Positions 9,882 to 19,756 of a stretch of DNA of 32,000 nucleotides are shown here, one piece after another. The position numbers and the translations under genes are program-made. The notes below the pieces were generated by a model. That model did no database searches and was not told the DNA's origin. It saw nothing but the letters and a program-made list of their open reading frames with translations. Source of the DNA: Halomicronema hongdechloris C2206 (lineage in GTDB: Bacteria; Cyanobacteriota; Cyanobacteriia; Phormidesmidales; Phormidesmidaceae). Position 1 is the stretch's first letter, and each line of letters begins with the position of its first letter. The stretch is from the NCBI RefSeq assembly GCF_002075285.3, contig NZ_CP021983.2, positions 1,530,001 through 1,562,000 of the forward strand. Reading direction: 5' to 3'.

Positions 9882-11162
9882 GTGAGAGCGTTAGTAGTCG
9901 GCAGTGGCGGTCGCGAGCATGCCTTAGCATGGAAGCTTCTACAATCTCCTACCATCAGCGGGATTTTCTGTATTCCTGGCAATGGGGGAACAGCAACACT
10001 GGCAGGCTGTCGTAACCTAGCCCTAGCCCCTAGCGACTTTGAAGGGATTGCTCGATTTGCCCTGGTCAATAATTGTGCCCTCGTGGTGATTGGCCCAGAA
10101 CAACCCCTAGCCGATGGCATTACAGACTATCTCACCAGTCAGGGACTCAACGTCTTCGGTCCTACCCAAAGTGGGGCCCAAATTGAAGCTAGCAAGGCTT
10201 GGGCCAAAGCGCTGATGTACTCGGCCCAGATTCCTACCGCCCAGGCCAGGGTCTTTACAGAAGCAGCCCCAGCCATCGCCTACGTAGAAAGCCAAGGCAT
10301 CCCCATCGTCGTCAAAGCCGACGGATTGGCTGCTGGCAAGGGCGTTACCGTTGCCCACTCCCTGGAGACAGCCATTACCGCCATTGAGGCAGCCTTTGCC
10401 GGAGAGTTTGGTGCAGCCGGGCATCGAGTTGTCATCGAAGACTATCTCACTGGCCAGGAGGCCTCTGTACTGGCTGTAACCGATGGCCACACCATTCGCC
10501 CCCTGCTGCCAGCCCAAGACCATAAGCCCATTGGCGAAGGCGACACAGGCCCCAACACGGGCGGTATGGGAGCCTATGCCCCGACGCCGGTTGTGCCCCC
10601 TTCCCTGCTAGAGAGAATTCAGCAGGAAATTTTAGCTCCCACCCTAGCCGCGCTGCGACAGCAGGGCATCCTCTACCGGGGGGTGTTGTATGCGGGGTTA
10701 ATGATCACGCCCACAGGGGATCCTAAGGTGATCGAGTTCAACTGTCGCTTTGGCGATCCCGAAACCCAGGTAGTGCTGCCCCTGCTCAAAACTCCCTTAG
10801 CCGATCTGATGCAGGCCTGCCTAGAAGAACGACTCGACCAGTTTCCACCACTACAGTGGCACACTGGCACGGCAGCCTGTGTCGTAGCCGTGGCAGGGGG
10901 CTATCCTGGTGCCTATAAGAGAGGCCACAGTATTACAGGGCTCGAGCAAGCCGAAGCTGCAGAGGATGTTTGCGTCTTCCAAGCCGGCACCCAACGGCAA
11001 GGCCAACAGCTGGTCACCCATGGTGGCAGGGTACTAGGCATAACAGCCCTAGGCGACACCATAGATGGGGCTCTGGCCAAAGCCTATGATGCCATGACCT
11101 ATATTCACTTCGATGGCATGTACTATCGTCGAGATATTGGCTACCGTATCAAGAATCATTAA
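9882..11162 (+). CDS. purD: Phosphoribosylamine--glycine ligase
   Basis: 426 aa with a GTG start. MRALVVGSGGREHALAWKL, the ATP-grasp core, and FNCRFGDPETQ. Collinear with PurD over the full length. Confidence 0.95.
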   Translation: MRALVVGSGGREHALAWKLLQSPTISGIFCIPGNGGTATLAGCRNLALAPSDFEGIARFALVNNCALVVIGPEQPLADGITDYLTSQGLNVFGPTQSGAQIEASKAWAKALMYSAQIPTAQARVFTEAAPAIAYVESQGIPIVVKADGLAAGKGVTVAHSLETAITAIEAAFAGEFGAAGHRVVIEDYLTGQEASVLAVTDGHTIRPLLPAQDHKPIGEGDTGPNTGGMGAYAPTPVVPPSLLERIQQEILAPTLAALRQQGILYRGVLYAGLMITPTGDPKVIEFNCRFGDPETQVVLPLLKTPLADLMQACLEERLDQFPPLQWHTGTAACVVAVAGGYPGAYKRGHSITGLEQAEAAEDVCVFQAGTQRQGQQLVTHGGRVLGITALGDTIDGALAKAYDAMTYIHFDGMYYRRDIGYRIKNH

Positions 11163-11611
11163 TCCCGTTTCCCAGCCACCCCGATAGCGCCATCTATTCT
11201 CTATGCCTGTCTCTATGCCTGGATAGCGGATTGGCGCCGCCATCAGACCTGACTGACTGATGGTATCGGCAGCCCCTAAACTGAAAATTGGGATGTCTTA
11301 TCCGTTATCGGAATTTGGCTGAGAGGATATTTGGAAAGTACCCTGCAACCTTGCTCCAGACGGGATTCTGGCCAACAGAGCCATACGCTCTAAAACGCTT
11401 ACCCGGCAGGGCTTTCAGCCGAGCTTTCACATGTCCTCTAACCGGCATCTAGGTCCGGATCTAGCGTCCAGACCTAGAGGGGGATCTAGGGGGAAAGCCA
11501 GATCTCCAGCTGGACTTGGTATAAGCTTTAAGCGAAGCCGGTTGTACTCAGCTATTTGGCTAACGCTATAAATTTAGAAGCCCTTTATTAGCAACACTGT
11601 TTAGAGGTACC

Positions 11612-13609
11612 TTGATCCGACTATTGAACCAGATACGGGAGCTCATTGTTCGTTGGTGGGGAGATTTCACCCTCCAGACCCGCCTGATGGCAGGGGCAAC
11701 CCTGATGGTTTCCTTACTCATGAGTGCCCTCACCTTTTGGGCCGTCAATACGATTCAACAAGATGCCCGTCTCAACGACACTCGCTTTGGCCGAGATTTA
11801 GGCTTGCTGCTGGCGGCCAATGTTGCGCCTCTGGTGCAGAAGGAAGATCGCACCGAGTTGGCCCGATTTTCCTATAGCTTCTATCAGAGTACCTCTAGTG
11901 TTCGCTACATGCTCTATGCCGATGAGGACGGCAACATTTTCTTCGGCATTCCCTTTTCTGAGGCTACGGTACAGAACTCCTTAACGCTGCGACGGCGCAT
12001 GCAGTTGCCGGAAGACTATGCCAAAAATGCCGATCGCCCCATGGTGCGTCAGCACCTAACTCCGGCAGGTGAGGTGACTGATGTCTTCGTGCCCCTCAAC
12101 TATAATGGTGACTATTTAGGGGTCTTAGCGTTGGGGATCAACCCCAATCCGACGGTGGTGGCCTCCTCTCATCTGACTCGTGATGTCACAATCGCGGTGT
12201 TTGTCTCGATTTGGGTCATGGTGATCTTGGGGGCTGTGTTTAATGCCTTGACCATTACTCAGCCAATTAAGGAACTCTTGGTTGGGGTAAAAAACATTGC
12301 TGCTGGCAACTTTAAGCAGCGCATTGATCTGCCGCTGGGGGGTGAGTTAGGCGAACTGATTCACAGCTTCAACGATATGGCAGAGCGGCTGGAGCGTTAT
12401 GAAGAGCAAAATATCGAAGAGCTAACGGCAGAGAAGGCGAAGCTGGAAACGCTGGTGTCTACCATCGTCGATGGCGCCATCTTGTTAGATGCCGATATGA
12501 ATATTGTGCTGGTAAACCCGGCGGCTCGCCGTATGTTTGGCTGGGATGGCCACAATCTCACCGCAGGCAATGCCCTGGAGCACTTTCCCAATCAGGTGCG
12601 GGTGCAGTTGACTCGGCCCCTATTCCAGGCAGTGGCGGGGGAGTCTGAAGGCATGGAATTTCGGATCGCCCTGACTGAACCAGCCAATCGCATGGTGCGG
12701 ATTCTGCTGAATACGGTGCTGGATCAGGCTAAGGAGAATGTGAAGGGGATCGCCATCACGGTGCAGGATATTACCCGGGAGGTGGCCCTGAATGAAGCCA
12801 AGGCGCAGTTTATCAGCAATGTCTCCCACGAGTTGCGCACGCCTCTATTTAACATCAAGTCGTTCATTGAGACGCTGCATGAGTACGGCACAGATCTCAC
12901 CGCAACCGAACAGCAAGAATTTTTAGAGACGGCCAACCACGAGACCGATCGCCTGACTCGCTTGGTCAATGACGTCTTGGATTTGTCGCGATTAGAGTCG
13001 AACCGGCGCTATCAGTTTGAGGCCGTTGACATTCATCAGCCCATTGAGCAAACCCTGCGCACCCACCAACTCAATGCTAAGGACAAGCAGATCGAACTCG
13101 TCCAGAAGGTCGCAGCTGACCTGCCACCGGTGTTTGGCAATTATGATCTGCTGCTGCAGGTCTTCAGTAATCTGGTGGGCAATGCCTTGAAGTTTACGGA
13201 GGCTGGGGGCCGGGTGGCTATTCGCGCCTATCCAACTCCCTTGAAGCGCCAGCACCCTGATGAACCGGCCTGTGTCAGGGTGGAGGTGTCAGATACGGGC
13301 ATTGGGATTGCCCCGGAGGATCAAGAGGCGATTTTCGATCGGTTCTTTCGGGTGGAGAATCGAGTCCATACCCTGGAAGGAACTGGCTTGGGGCTATCTA
13401 TCGTCAAAAATATCATCGAAAAACACAATAGCCGGGTCCATCTCATCAGCGAAGTGGGAACGGGGACCACGTTTTGGTTTGATCTAGCGGTGTATGAGAC
13501 TGAGGATGCCGATAACGCTGCAGACCTTGATAATTGCGATCGCACCCCCTCATGCCAAGATTCAGCGGTGGCCGATCCGGTGGTGATGGGCCTGGCCCCA
13601 GACCTTTGA
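11612..13609 (+). CDS. hik33: Sensor histidine kinase, Hik33/NblS/DspA (Ycf26) type: 2 TM, HAMP, PAS, HisKA, HATPase
   Basis: 665 aa with a TTG start in the track. The N-terminus LQTRLMAGATLMVSLLMSALTFWAVNTIQQDARLNDTRFGRDLGLLLAANV and ITQPIKELLVGVKNIAAGNF (HAMP) match my memory of NblS/Hik33. H-box FISNVSHELRTPL; the G-boxes are present. Confidence 0.78.
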   Translation: MIRLLNQIRELIVRWWGDFTLQTRLMAGATLMVSLLMSALTFWAVNTIQQDARLNDTRFGRDLGLLLAANVAPLVQKEDRTELARFSYSFYQSTSSVRYMLYADEDGNIFFGIPFSEATVQNSLTLRRRMQLPEDYAKNADRPMVRQHLTPAGEVTDVFVPLNYNGDYLGVLALGINPNPTVVASSHLTRDVTIAVFVSIWVMVILGAVFNALTITQPIKELLVGVKNIAAGNFKQRIDLPLGGELGELIHSFNDMAERLERYEEQNIEELTAEKAKLETLVSTIVDGAILLDADMNIVLVNPAARRMFGWDGHNLTAGNALEHFPNQVRVQLTRPLFQAVAGESEGMEFRIALTEPANRMVRILLNTVLDQAKENVKGIAITVQDITREVALNEAKAQFISNVSHELRTPLFNIKSFIETLHEYGTDLTATEQQEFLETANHETDRLTRLVNDVLDLSRLESNRRYQFEAVDIHQPIEQTLRTHQLNAKDKQIELVQKVAADLPPVFGNYDLLLQVFSNLVGNALKFTEAGGRVAIRAYPTPLKRQHPDEPACVRVEVSDTGIGIAPEDQEAIFDRFFRVENRVHTLEGTGLGLSIVKNIIEKHNSRVHLISEVGTGTTFWFDLAVYETEDADNAADLDNCDRTPSCQDSAVADPVVMGLAPDL

Positions 13610-13628
13610 ACTCCCAAGATCTTTGAAC

Positions 13629-13979
13629 TTAGGTCAGGCTAATCAGTAAGCTCAGCCCTAACAGGGCCAGAAGACCTACCCATAGCGAATGCCGGCGCAG
13701 CCAGCTTTGCAGCCGCCATTGAACGGGAGGAGCAACGGTGGGGGGTGAGACCGGGGTTGCCATATCCCGAAACAAGATGCAGGTTTGGGCATGGGGACGT
13801 TGGGGAAATGTGCAGGTATCATCCTGGTGATAGGTGCAGCGATCGCATAGGGGCATGCCATCTGTGGCGCGATGTAGGGTCATGCCAGGATGGCCATAGG
13901 CTTTTAGGGGCAACCGACAGGTTGGACAGTGAATATCGCCGGGGGTAATACGAGTTTGGCAACGGGGGCAAACGGTCAT
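13629..13979 (-). CDS. Zinc-ribbon domain protein with C-terminal transmembrane anchor
   Basis: 116 aa. CPRC...CPTC and CDRC cysteine pairs, with the hydrophobic tail LWVGLLALLGLSLLISL. Convergent with the kinase gene. Confidence 0.6.
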   Translation of the reverse strand: MTVCPRCQTRITPGDIHCPTCRLPLKAYGHPGMTLHRATDGMPLCDRCTYHQDDTCTFPQRPHAQTCILFRDMATPVSPPTVAPPVQWRLQSWLRRHSLWVGLLALLGLSLLISLT

Positions 13980-14191
13980 AGGGAAGCAGGTCTTTTGGGC
14001 GCCATGCCCCTATTTTAGGCAGTGATCCATCGTCTCGGTGCCACAATGGTTATACCGTTAGCTACGCCATGCCGCCAGCCGTCGCTGATTGGCCCCGGCG
14101 ATATCTAGAACCGTCGCTGGCTGCGAGTGCCCTGTCTACCTAACGGTTGATCTGACCGTCTGTCCTGACATTTCGACATCCCTCTGACGCT

Positions 14192-15172
14192 ATGTGCCGA
14201 CAGGTGTCCCGCATTTTGATCATCGATGACGACAAAGTTGCTCGAGCTGTGCTGCGGCAACGCCTTGAACAGGAAGCTTACGATGTTGTCGAGGCTGACA
14301 GCGGCAGCACTGGCTTAGAGTTGTTTCAGATGCTCTGCCCCGATCTGGTATTAGTGGATGCCGTGATGCCGACCATGGATGGCTTTGAGTGTTGCCGCCG
14401 CCTACAAACCTTACCGGGGGGGCAGCATATCCCGGTGCTGATGATTACTAGCCTAGAGGATGAAACCTCGGTGAAACGGGCCTTTGCGGCAGGAGCAGCT
14501 GATTTTGTCACCAAGCCAGTGCAGTGGGCAATTTTGCTACAGCGGGTACGGCGCATGATCTGGCAGGCCCATCTCTACCAGCAGCTAGAGGCGGCGAATC
14601 AGGCCTTGCTGAAACTGGCGAATCTGGATGGACTGACTCAAATTGCCAATCGCCGTCATTTCGATCAGCATCTAGAGCAGGAGTGGCGGCGACTGATGCG
14701 ATGGTCAAAGACCGGCCCTCAAGGGCCATCGCATCGATCTCTGTCTCTCATCCTCTGCGACATCGACTATTTCAAAGCCTACAATGACCACTACGGCCAT
14801 CAAGCCGGCGACGAGTGCCTGCAACGGGTCGCCCATATTCTGCAACGGACGATTCAGCGACCAGCCGATTTGGCCAGCCGCTATGGCGGCGAAGAGTTCG
14901 CCATCACCTTACCAGAAACCCCACTATCAGGGGCATTACAGATAGCTCACTGCATCCGGGCGGCCATCCACGCCGAACGGTTACCCCATCACTACTCCAG
15001 CGTTGCTGACCATATCACCCTCAGCTTCGGCATCGCCAGTCTGATTCCCCAGGCCAACCAGGGCCCAGAGGATCTCATCGCCAGCGCCGACCAGCGACTC
15101 TATCGGGCCAAGCAACAGGGACGCGATCGCATCTGCGCCGACCTCACCGTGATCTCGGAAGCAGGCCATTGA
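14192..15172 (+). CDS. Response regulator with GGDEF output (diguanylate cyclase, PleD/WspR-like)
   Basis: 326 aa. Receiver motifs ILIIDDD, LVLVDAVMPTMDG and TKP. The GGDEF domain has DGLTQIANRRHFD and the active-site motif GGEEF. Confidence 0.9.
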   Translation: MCRQVSRILIIDDDKVARAVLRQRLEQEAYDVVEADSGSTGLELFQMLCPDLVLVDAVMPTMDGFECCRRLQTLPGGQHIPVLMITSLEDETSVKRAFAAGAADFVTKPVQWAILLQRVRRMIWQAHLYQQLEAANQALLKLANLDGLTQIANRRHFDQHLEQEWRRLMRWSKTGPQGPSHRSLSLILCDIDYFKAYNDHYGHQAGDECLQRVAHILQRTIQRPADLASRYGGEEFAITLPETPLSGALQIAHCIRAAIHAERLPHHYSSVADHITLSFGIASLIPQANQGPEDLIASADQRLYRAKQQGRDRICADLTVISEAGH

Positions 15173-15237
15173 CGCTGCCTCGGCCGAAGTGCTAAGCAGA
15201 CCGAAGACGACCAGCCCACTCTCAGCCCAGAGATGCC

Positions 15238-16233
15238 ATGAAAGTCGCCGTCTTCAGTGCCAAAGCCTATGACCGCCACTTCCTGACCCAGGCCAATCAC
15301 GCTTACCACCACGACCTGACCTTCTTCGAAACTCGCCTGACGCCCAAAACCTCTCCCCTAGCCGAGGGCTTTCCGGCAGTCTGTGCTTTCATCAACGATC
15401 AGCTGGACTCAGAGACACTCCATGCCCTCCGACAGCAACAGACGCACCTGATTGCCCTGCGCTCCGCTGGCTTCAACAACGTGGATTTAGAGGCTGCCCA
15501 AGCCCTAGACATGACCGTAGTACGGGTGCCCGCCTACTCTCCCTACGCCGTCGCCGAACATGCCGTGGGCCTGATTTTAATGCTCAATCGCAAACTCTAT
15601 CGAGCCTACAACCGAGTCCGAGACGATAATTTCTCCCTAGATGGTCTCCTCGGTTTCGACCTGCATGGCTGCACCGTCGGCATCATCGGCACCGGCAAGA
15701 TCGGCCAGTGCTTTGCCAGTATCATGCATGGATTCGGCTGTAACCTAGTGGCCTACGATCCCTACCCAGCCTCTGCCTGCCTCGAATTGGGAGTCACCTA
15801 TACAGACTTACCCGAGCTGCTAGGCCAATCCGATATGATTTCCCTACATTGCCCCCTGCTCCCCGACACCTACCACCTGATCAACCGAGAGACGATTCAG
15901 CAACTCAAGCCTGGCGTCATGGTGATCAACACCAGCCGTGGCGGTTTGATCGATACTCCCGCCATCATTGAGGGCATTAAGTCAGGACAGGTGGGCTATT
16001 TCGGTGCCGATGTCTACGAAGAAGAAGGTCCCCTTTTCTTTGAAGACCGCTCAGACACGGTGATTCAAGACGATACCTTCCAACTGCTGCAGTCCTTTCC
16101 CAACGTGGTGCTGACGGCCCACCAAGGGTTCTTTACCCGCAATGCCTTAGACAACATTGCCCAGACAACTCTGGCCAACATCGCCGACATTGAGGCCAAC
16201 CGCCCTTGCCCCAACCGAATTGCTATCACCTAA
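15238..16233 (+). CDS. ldhA: D-lactate dehydrogenase (D-isomer-specific 2-hydroxyacid dehydrogenase)
   Basis: 331 aa, collinear with E. coli LdhA. Shared blocks are AGFNNVDL, VVRVPAYSPYAVAEH, GIIGTGKIG, ISLHCPL, VINTSRG and FFED...VIQDD. Confidence 0.9.
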   Translation: MKVAVFSAKAYDRHFLTQANHAYHHDLTFFETRLTPKTSPLAEGFPAVCAFINDQLDSETLHALRQQQTHLIALRSAGFNNVDLEAAQALDMTVVRVPAYSPYAVAEHAVGLILMLNRKLYRAYNRVRDDNFSLDGLLGFDLHGCTVGIIGTGKIGQCFASIMHGFGCNLVAYDPYPASACLELGVTYTDLPELLGQSDMISLHCPLLPDTYHLINRETIQQLKPGVMVINTSRGGLIDTPAIIEGIKSGQVGYFGADVYEEEGPLFFEDRSDTVIQDDTFQLLQSFPNVVLTAHQGFFTRNALDNIAQTTLANIADIEANRPCPNRIAIT

Positions 16234-16295
16234 GAACAACGGGTGAGGGCTGATGAAGCGCCTGACTCTAGAGATTGAGAGATTCAGTATTTAGG

Positions 16296-18827
16296 CTACT
16301 CCCGGGGTTCCAGCAGTACCCCTTGGCTGTCCTGCAGGGTAAACGACCGCAGATCTTCAATCGCCACCCCAGGTGAGGCGATCGACACCTGCCACTCATC
16401 CATATCCAGCTGCAGCCAGTCGCCTAGGGTCACCGGTAGAGGATCTCCCCCCATGTGAGCCACCATCACGACCTGACGCGTGGAGGCCGAGTCAGCCTCT
16501 GATTCTGCCGGTGCCCGCCGCCAGCCGTAGAAAACTGTGCAATTTTGATCGCTAATGTGGTTAAACCGATCGGTGCCTGAGAGATTCTGGCGTAGCCAGG
16601 GATTGGCGTGCCGAAAGCGTCGCAGGGCTAAGTTGTAGGCTAGTTTGTCCTGATCCAGCACACTTTCCTGCAGCCAGACGTTACACATGGCGTGGGCGTC
16701 TTCCATGAAGGCTTTGGCAAAGGCCTTCAGAGCTGTAACATTGAGCTCCGTCAACACCTGGGATTTCCCAGGGCGATTGAGTTTTTGCAGTTGGGCTCCA
16801 GAACGACGCTGTTGAGCCGCTTGCTGAACTTCAGGGGTATCTGAGCTGCTTCCTAGAAACTGCTGGCAGAGATTGGCGACTTCCTCCAGGTCGTAGTCAG
16901 TTTCGTCGATGGCTTCCCAGAGCCCTCGCACAAACTGCCGCAATTCATCCAACTGGGCAAACCCCATGGCTTTAAGTTGAGGAAACAGCTGCGGCCAATT
17001 GTAGGTCTCTGGGATAATTTGCCAATCTAAAAATCCCCCTGCCTCTTCAGCCATCACCTTGACCCCGTAACGATCGTCCGTGTTGCGCAAAAAGCCCCAG
17101 GGAGCCTTCATGGTGCAGTTGATGAAATCCATCGGTAACCCCGGGCTAAAACCATAGGTGAAGAGAGTAATAGCAGGATTATCGTAGGCGTTATTGAGCA
17201 CCTCAGGCAGGCTATCGCCTAGATTCCAATTGATGGGTAGTTCCGGATCAACCTGAGTGCCTCGTCGCAGAGTGTCATGGTTGCCGCATCCGGTAATCCA
17301 ATTGGCCCCTAGCTGAGCCTGTTCAACCACCCGCGGCCATTTCTTGTCCCAGAAGCCGCGCAGGCTGGGAGTATTGTGAGCAAAGATCAACGGTCCCCAC
17401 TGGAACGCCTGCGGTTGAAATTCAATGATGTCGCGGTAGGTGGATATCTCTTCCCAGCCTTCTGCAGGCCAAGGACGACCATCTTCAAAAATGGCAAATA
17501 ACCGCCGTTGGGCAGCACCGATCTGCTGGGTCACCCGGGCCATCTCCTGCAGATAGGAGTCGTCGTATTCCACCCTTCCCGAGATGGGGTTGAAGAACTT
17601 GAAGTCCTGAGCCCCGTCTACCCGAATACCATCGGCTCCAGTGTTGATCTTGCGCCGTTGCATCTCCAGGAGAATCGCTCGCACAGTTGGGTTCTGATGG
17701 TTAACATCCTGGCCATACATATTAGGGCCTTTGAGAAAACGGCCATTCAGCAGAGCCAGAGCCTGGTTATCGGCATGACCGTAGACAATGTCGTAAATCA
17801 GCTGAATTGGTCCCGTGGGGAAGTTGTGCAGGGTTTCTACAAAGGTGACTAGCTCATCGGGCCGTAGTGTTCTCAACACGGAGGGATCAATTGCACTACT
17901 GCCGAAGATGACAATGTCGTAGCCCCAGTTTTGGGTGTCAGGTTTCTTCAGGGTAATCAGGATATCTCCTGGTTCCCGCTCGATCTCCTCGGTGTCGGGA
18001 TCCATTTCATCCAAATCATTTTCGTCGAAGATGAAAAAGCCCTCCCCCAGATCATGCTTGCCTCGATACTCGACAGTGGGTTCGATGGGCATGACTTGCA
18101 GGGCATCATAGCCAATAAAGGCTTGCTCAGCCGCAGTAAGTGGGGCTTGCTGGGAGATTTTCTGACTCAGACGCTGATAGACCTCGGTGAGGCCAGCTAG
18201 GGTGCCATCGGGGGAACTGGTATTGACATGGAGCTGCAGGATGTTGGTGGGGGGATGGACGCGAACGATGCCGTCTTCCTGGTCTCCTTGGTGGAAATAG
18301 CCTAAATCTTGGCGCTGGGCTTGGAGGCTGGCCATGTCATAGACTTCTGCGGGCGCGTAGATACCGTAGGGCAGTGAGTAAGCCAAGCAGTCGCCGACGA
18401 CGCGCACTTCGTTGCTGTTCATATCCAGATAGCGCAACCAGTAAAAGGAGCCCAGTTGCTCTCTATTGCCCGCCTTCAGACCGGATAATACGCCCCAGAA
18501 ATACTCTCCTTGCTTGACCAGACTGACATAGTCCTGCCGGAAGCGAACTTTTTGCAGCGGTTTGGTGGGGTCGATAGAGCGCTTGGGAGTGAATACCTCT
18601 AGGTAGATATTCTTGGGCTGGATCATGTCGGCGGCAAGTTCAGGCACCCACAGCCCAATCTCGGTTAAACCATCTTTAGCTCGGTAGTGGGCGCCCAGGC
18701 GCGTGGCAAGCTGTTGAGCTTTACCGAAGACGGTGTCGTCGGAAGACTCGACGGCTTCGGCCCAATCCAGCAAGGCTTGTGTCTCGTCTTCGATGAGCTG
18801 GATACGGGGTTGAGCAGTAGTCACCAT
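16296..18827 (-). CDS. Large alpha-amylase-superfamily (GH13-like) glycoside hydrolase; possibly glucosylglycerol-hydrolase (GghA)-like
   Basis: 843 aa. GH13-like catalytic regions are GADGIRVDGAQDF (region II nucleophile Asp), AIFEDGRPW (region III Glu) and CGNHDTLRR (region IV). The specific substrate cannot be read from the sequence. Confidence 0.6.
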   Translation of the reverse strand: MVTTAQPRIQLIEDETQALLDWAEAVESSDDTVFGKAQQLATRLGAHYRAKDGLTEIGLWVPELAADMIQPKNIYLEVFTPKRSIDPTKPLQKVRFRQDYVSLVKQGEYFWGVLSGLKAGNREQLGSFYWLRYLDMNSNEVRVVGDCLAYSLPYGIYAPAEVYDMASLQAQRQDLGYFHQGDQEDGIVRVHPPTNILQLHVNTSSPDGTLAGLTEVYQRLSQKISQQAPLTAAEQAFIGYDALQVMPIEPTVEYRGKHDLGEGFFIFDENDLDEMDPDTEEIEREPGDILITLKKPDTQNWGYDIVIFGSSAIDPSVLRTLRPDELVTFVETLHNFPTGPIQLIYDIVYGHADNQALALLNGRFLKGPNMYGQDVNHQNPTVRAILLEMQRRKINTGADGIRVDGAQDFKFFNPISGRVEYDDSYLQEMARVTQQIGAAQRRLFAIFEDGRPWPAEGWEEISTYRDIIEFQPQAFQWGPLIFAHNTPSLRGFWDKKWPRVVEQAQLGANWITGCGNHDTLRRGTQVDPELPINWNLGDSLPEVLNNAYDNPAITLFTYGFSPGLPMDFINCTMKAPWGFLRNTDDRYGVKVMAEEAGGFLDWQIIPETYNWPQLFPQLKAMGFAQLDELRQFVRGLWEAIDETDYDLEEVANLCQQFLGSSSDTPEVQQAAQQRRSGAQLQKLNRPGKSQVLTELNVTALKAFAKAFMEDAHAMCNVWLQESVLDQDKLAYNLALRRFRHANPWLRQNLSGTDRFNHISDQNCTVFYGWRRAPAESEADSASTRQVVMVAHMGGDPLPVTLGDWLQLDMDEWQVSIASPGVAIEDLRSFTLQDSQGVLLEPRE

Positions 18828-19039
18828 AGATACGCTGTCGGTATGATGTTCAATGCCATTAATACCAGGTCCTGCCAGGAAAGCAAGCTATATTGGCCGG
18901 GGAGTAGAGGTGCTAAGGGAACATCGGGGCAGAATTTGCCGCTTCAATATTAGGGCAGCGATACCAGGCTGGATCAAGCTTTATGGATAGCTTTGTTTCT
19001 CTGCTGTGCGGTTAAGCTCATTTTGAGAGCTGCGATCGC

Positions 19040-19077
19040 AAAAAAACGGCCTTCAAAGAGAGTACTCTTTGAAGACC
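19040..19077 (-). terminator. Rho-independent terminator of the 19756->19198 two-gene unit
   Basis: The minus strand reads GGTCTTCAAAGAG-TACT-CTCTTTGAAGGCC followed by G and T7. The stem is 13 bp with one mismatch (19048-19060 pairing with 19065-19077). The T-tract is the complement of the A-run 19040-19046. Confidence 0.8.
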
Positions 19078-19197
19078 TATTAGAGAGTGTTCTGATTTTT
19101 GTGTAACCCTCGGTTCTGGGCACGGAAAATCAAGGGTTCCAGGCTGGTCGAACCCAGTTTGCTGAACACTCCCCCTGTTACAATCACCGGTTAAGGT

Positions 19198-19503
19198 TTA
19201 GATCACACCCGGTCCTTTACCGCCAGGCTGATTTACTTCCTTGAGTTCTTCCACCCGAGCTGCTTCTTCAGCTTCCTGCTGCTGCCGCAGATCTCCCGGT
19301 TCGTTGACATACATCTCGGGCTCGATCGGATAATTATTGAGTTTACCCTCGCGATCCGTGGTGTATCCTGAAGTACTATCAGCACCTGGCTTGGCATCAT
19401 CAGGGGTCTCTCTAAAGTCTTCCCCTTCTCGCTCTTGCCGGGCCGCCACCTCGGCGGGTGTCAAGTCGCGGTCGTAATTGTTGAATTGATCTTCAGTCGT
19501 CAT
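19198..19503 (-). CDS. Small acidic, probably disordered hypothetical protein
   Basis: 101 aa, rich in E, D and P. AGGAG lies 8 nt upstream of the ATG, and the terminator follows 120 bp downstream. Confidence 0.6.
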   Translation of the reverse strand: MTTEDQFNNYDRDLTPAEVAARQEREGEDFRETPDDAKPGADSTSGYTTDREGKLNNYPIEPEMYVNEPGDLRQQQEAEEAARVEELKEVNQPGGKGPGVI

Positions 19504-19570
19504 AATTTAGACTCCTAACTTAAATCGCCAATGGATTTAACGCAGGTCTATTGACCTGATTGACGGCGGC

Positions 19571-19756
19571 TCATTCCTTGTCGATCTCGGGAACGATGTC
19601 GGGCCGCTCCTTATCTTCCCAGCCCACTGGTCGCTTCGAGTTATACCAGGCAATAGAGCCTATGCCGGCAGCTGCAATAAATCCGACCAGCAGCAGTACC
19701 GTGGCAGATACTGGGAACTGGCTTGATGCCGCCGTAAAATCTAACAACAGGTCCAT
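19571..19756 (-). CDS. Small single-pass membrane protein (conserved cyanobacterial type, identity not certain)
   Basis: 61 aa with one hydrophobic helix (VLLLVGFIAAAGIGSIAWY) and then NSKRPVGWEDKERPDIVPEI. A strong AAGGAGG lies 7 nt upstream of the ATG. Confidence 0.6.
   Translation of the reverse strand: MDLLLDFTAASSQFPVSATVLLLVGFIAAAGIGSIAWYNSKRPVGWEDKERPDIVPEIDKE

Noticed and set aside
10107-10523. 138-aa minus-strand ORF, plus 9818-10120, 10199-10387, 10673-10870 and 11049-11243
   Set aside because: They lie antisense to or overlap purD, which is unambiguous over its full length. They have no motifs and no ribosome-binding signal.
11199-11221. Short tandem duplication ctctatgcctg/tctctatgcctg downstream of purD
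   Set aside because: It has only two copies of ~11 bp in an intergenic region, with no associated structure or conservation that I can assess. It is most likely a trivial slippage duplication.
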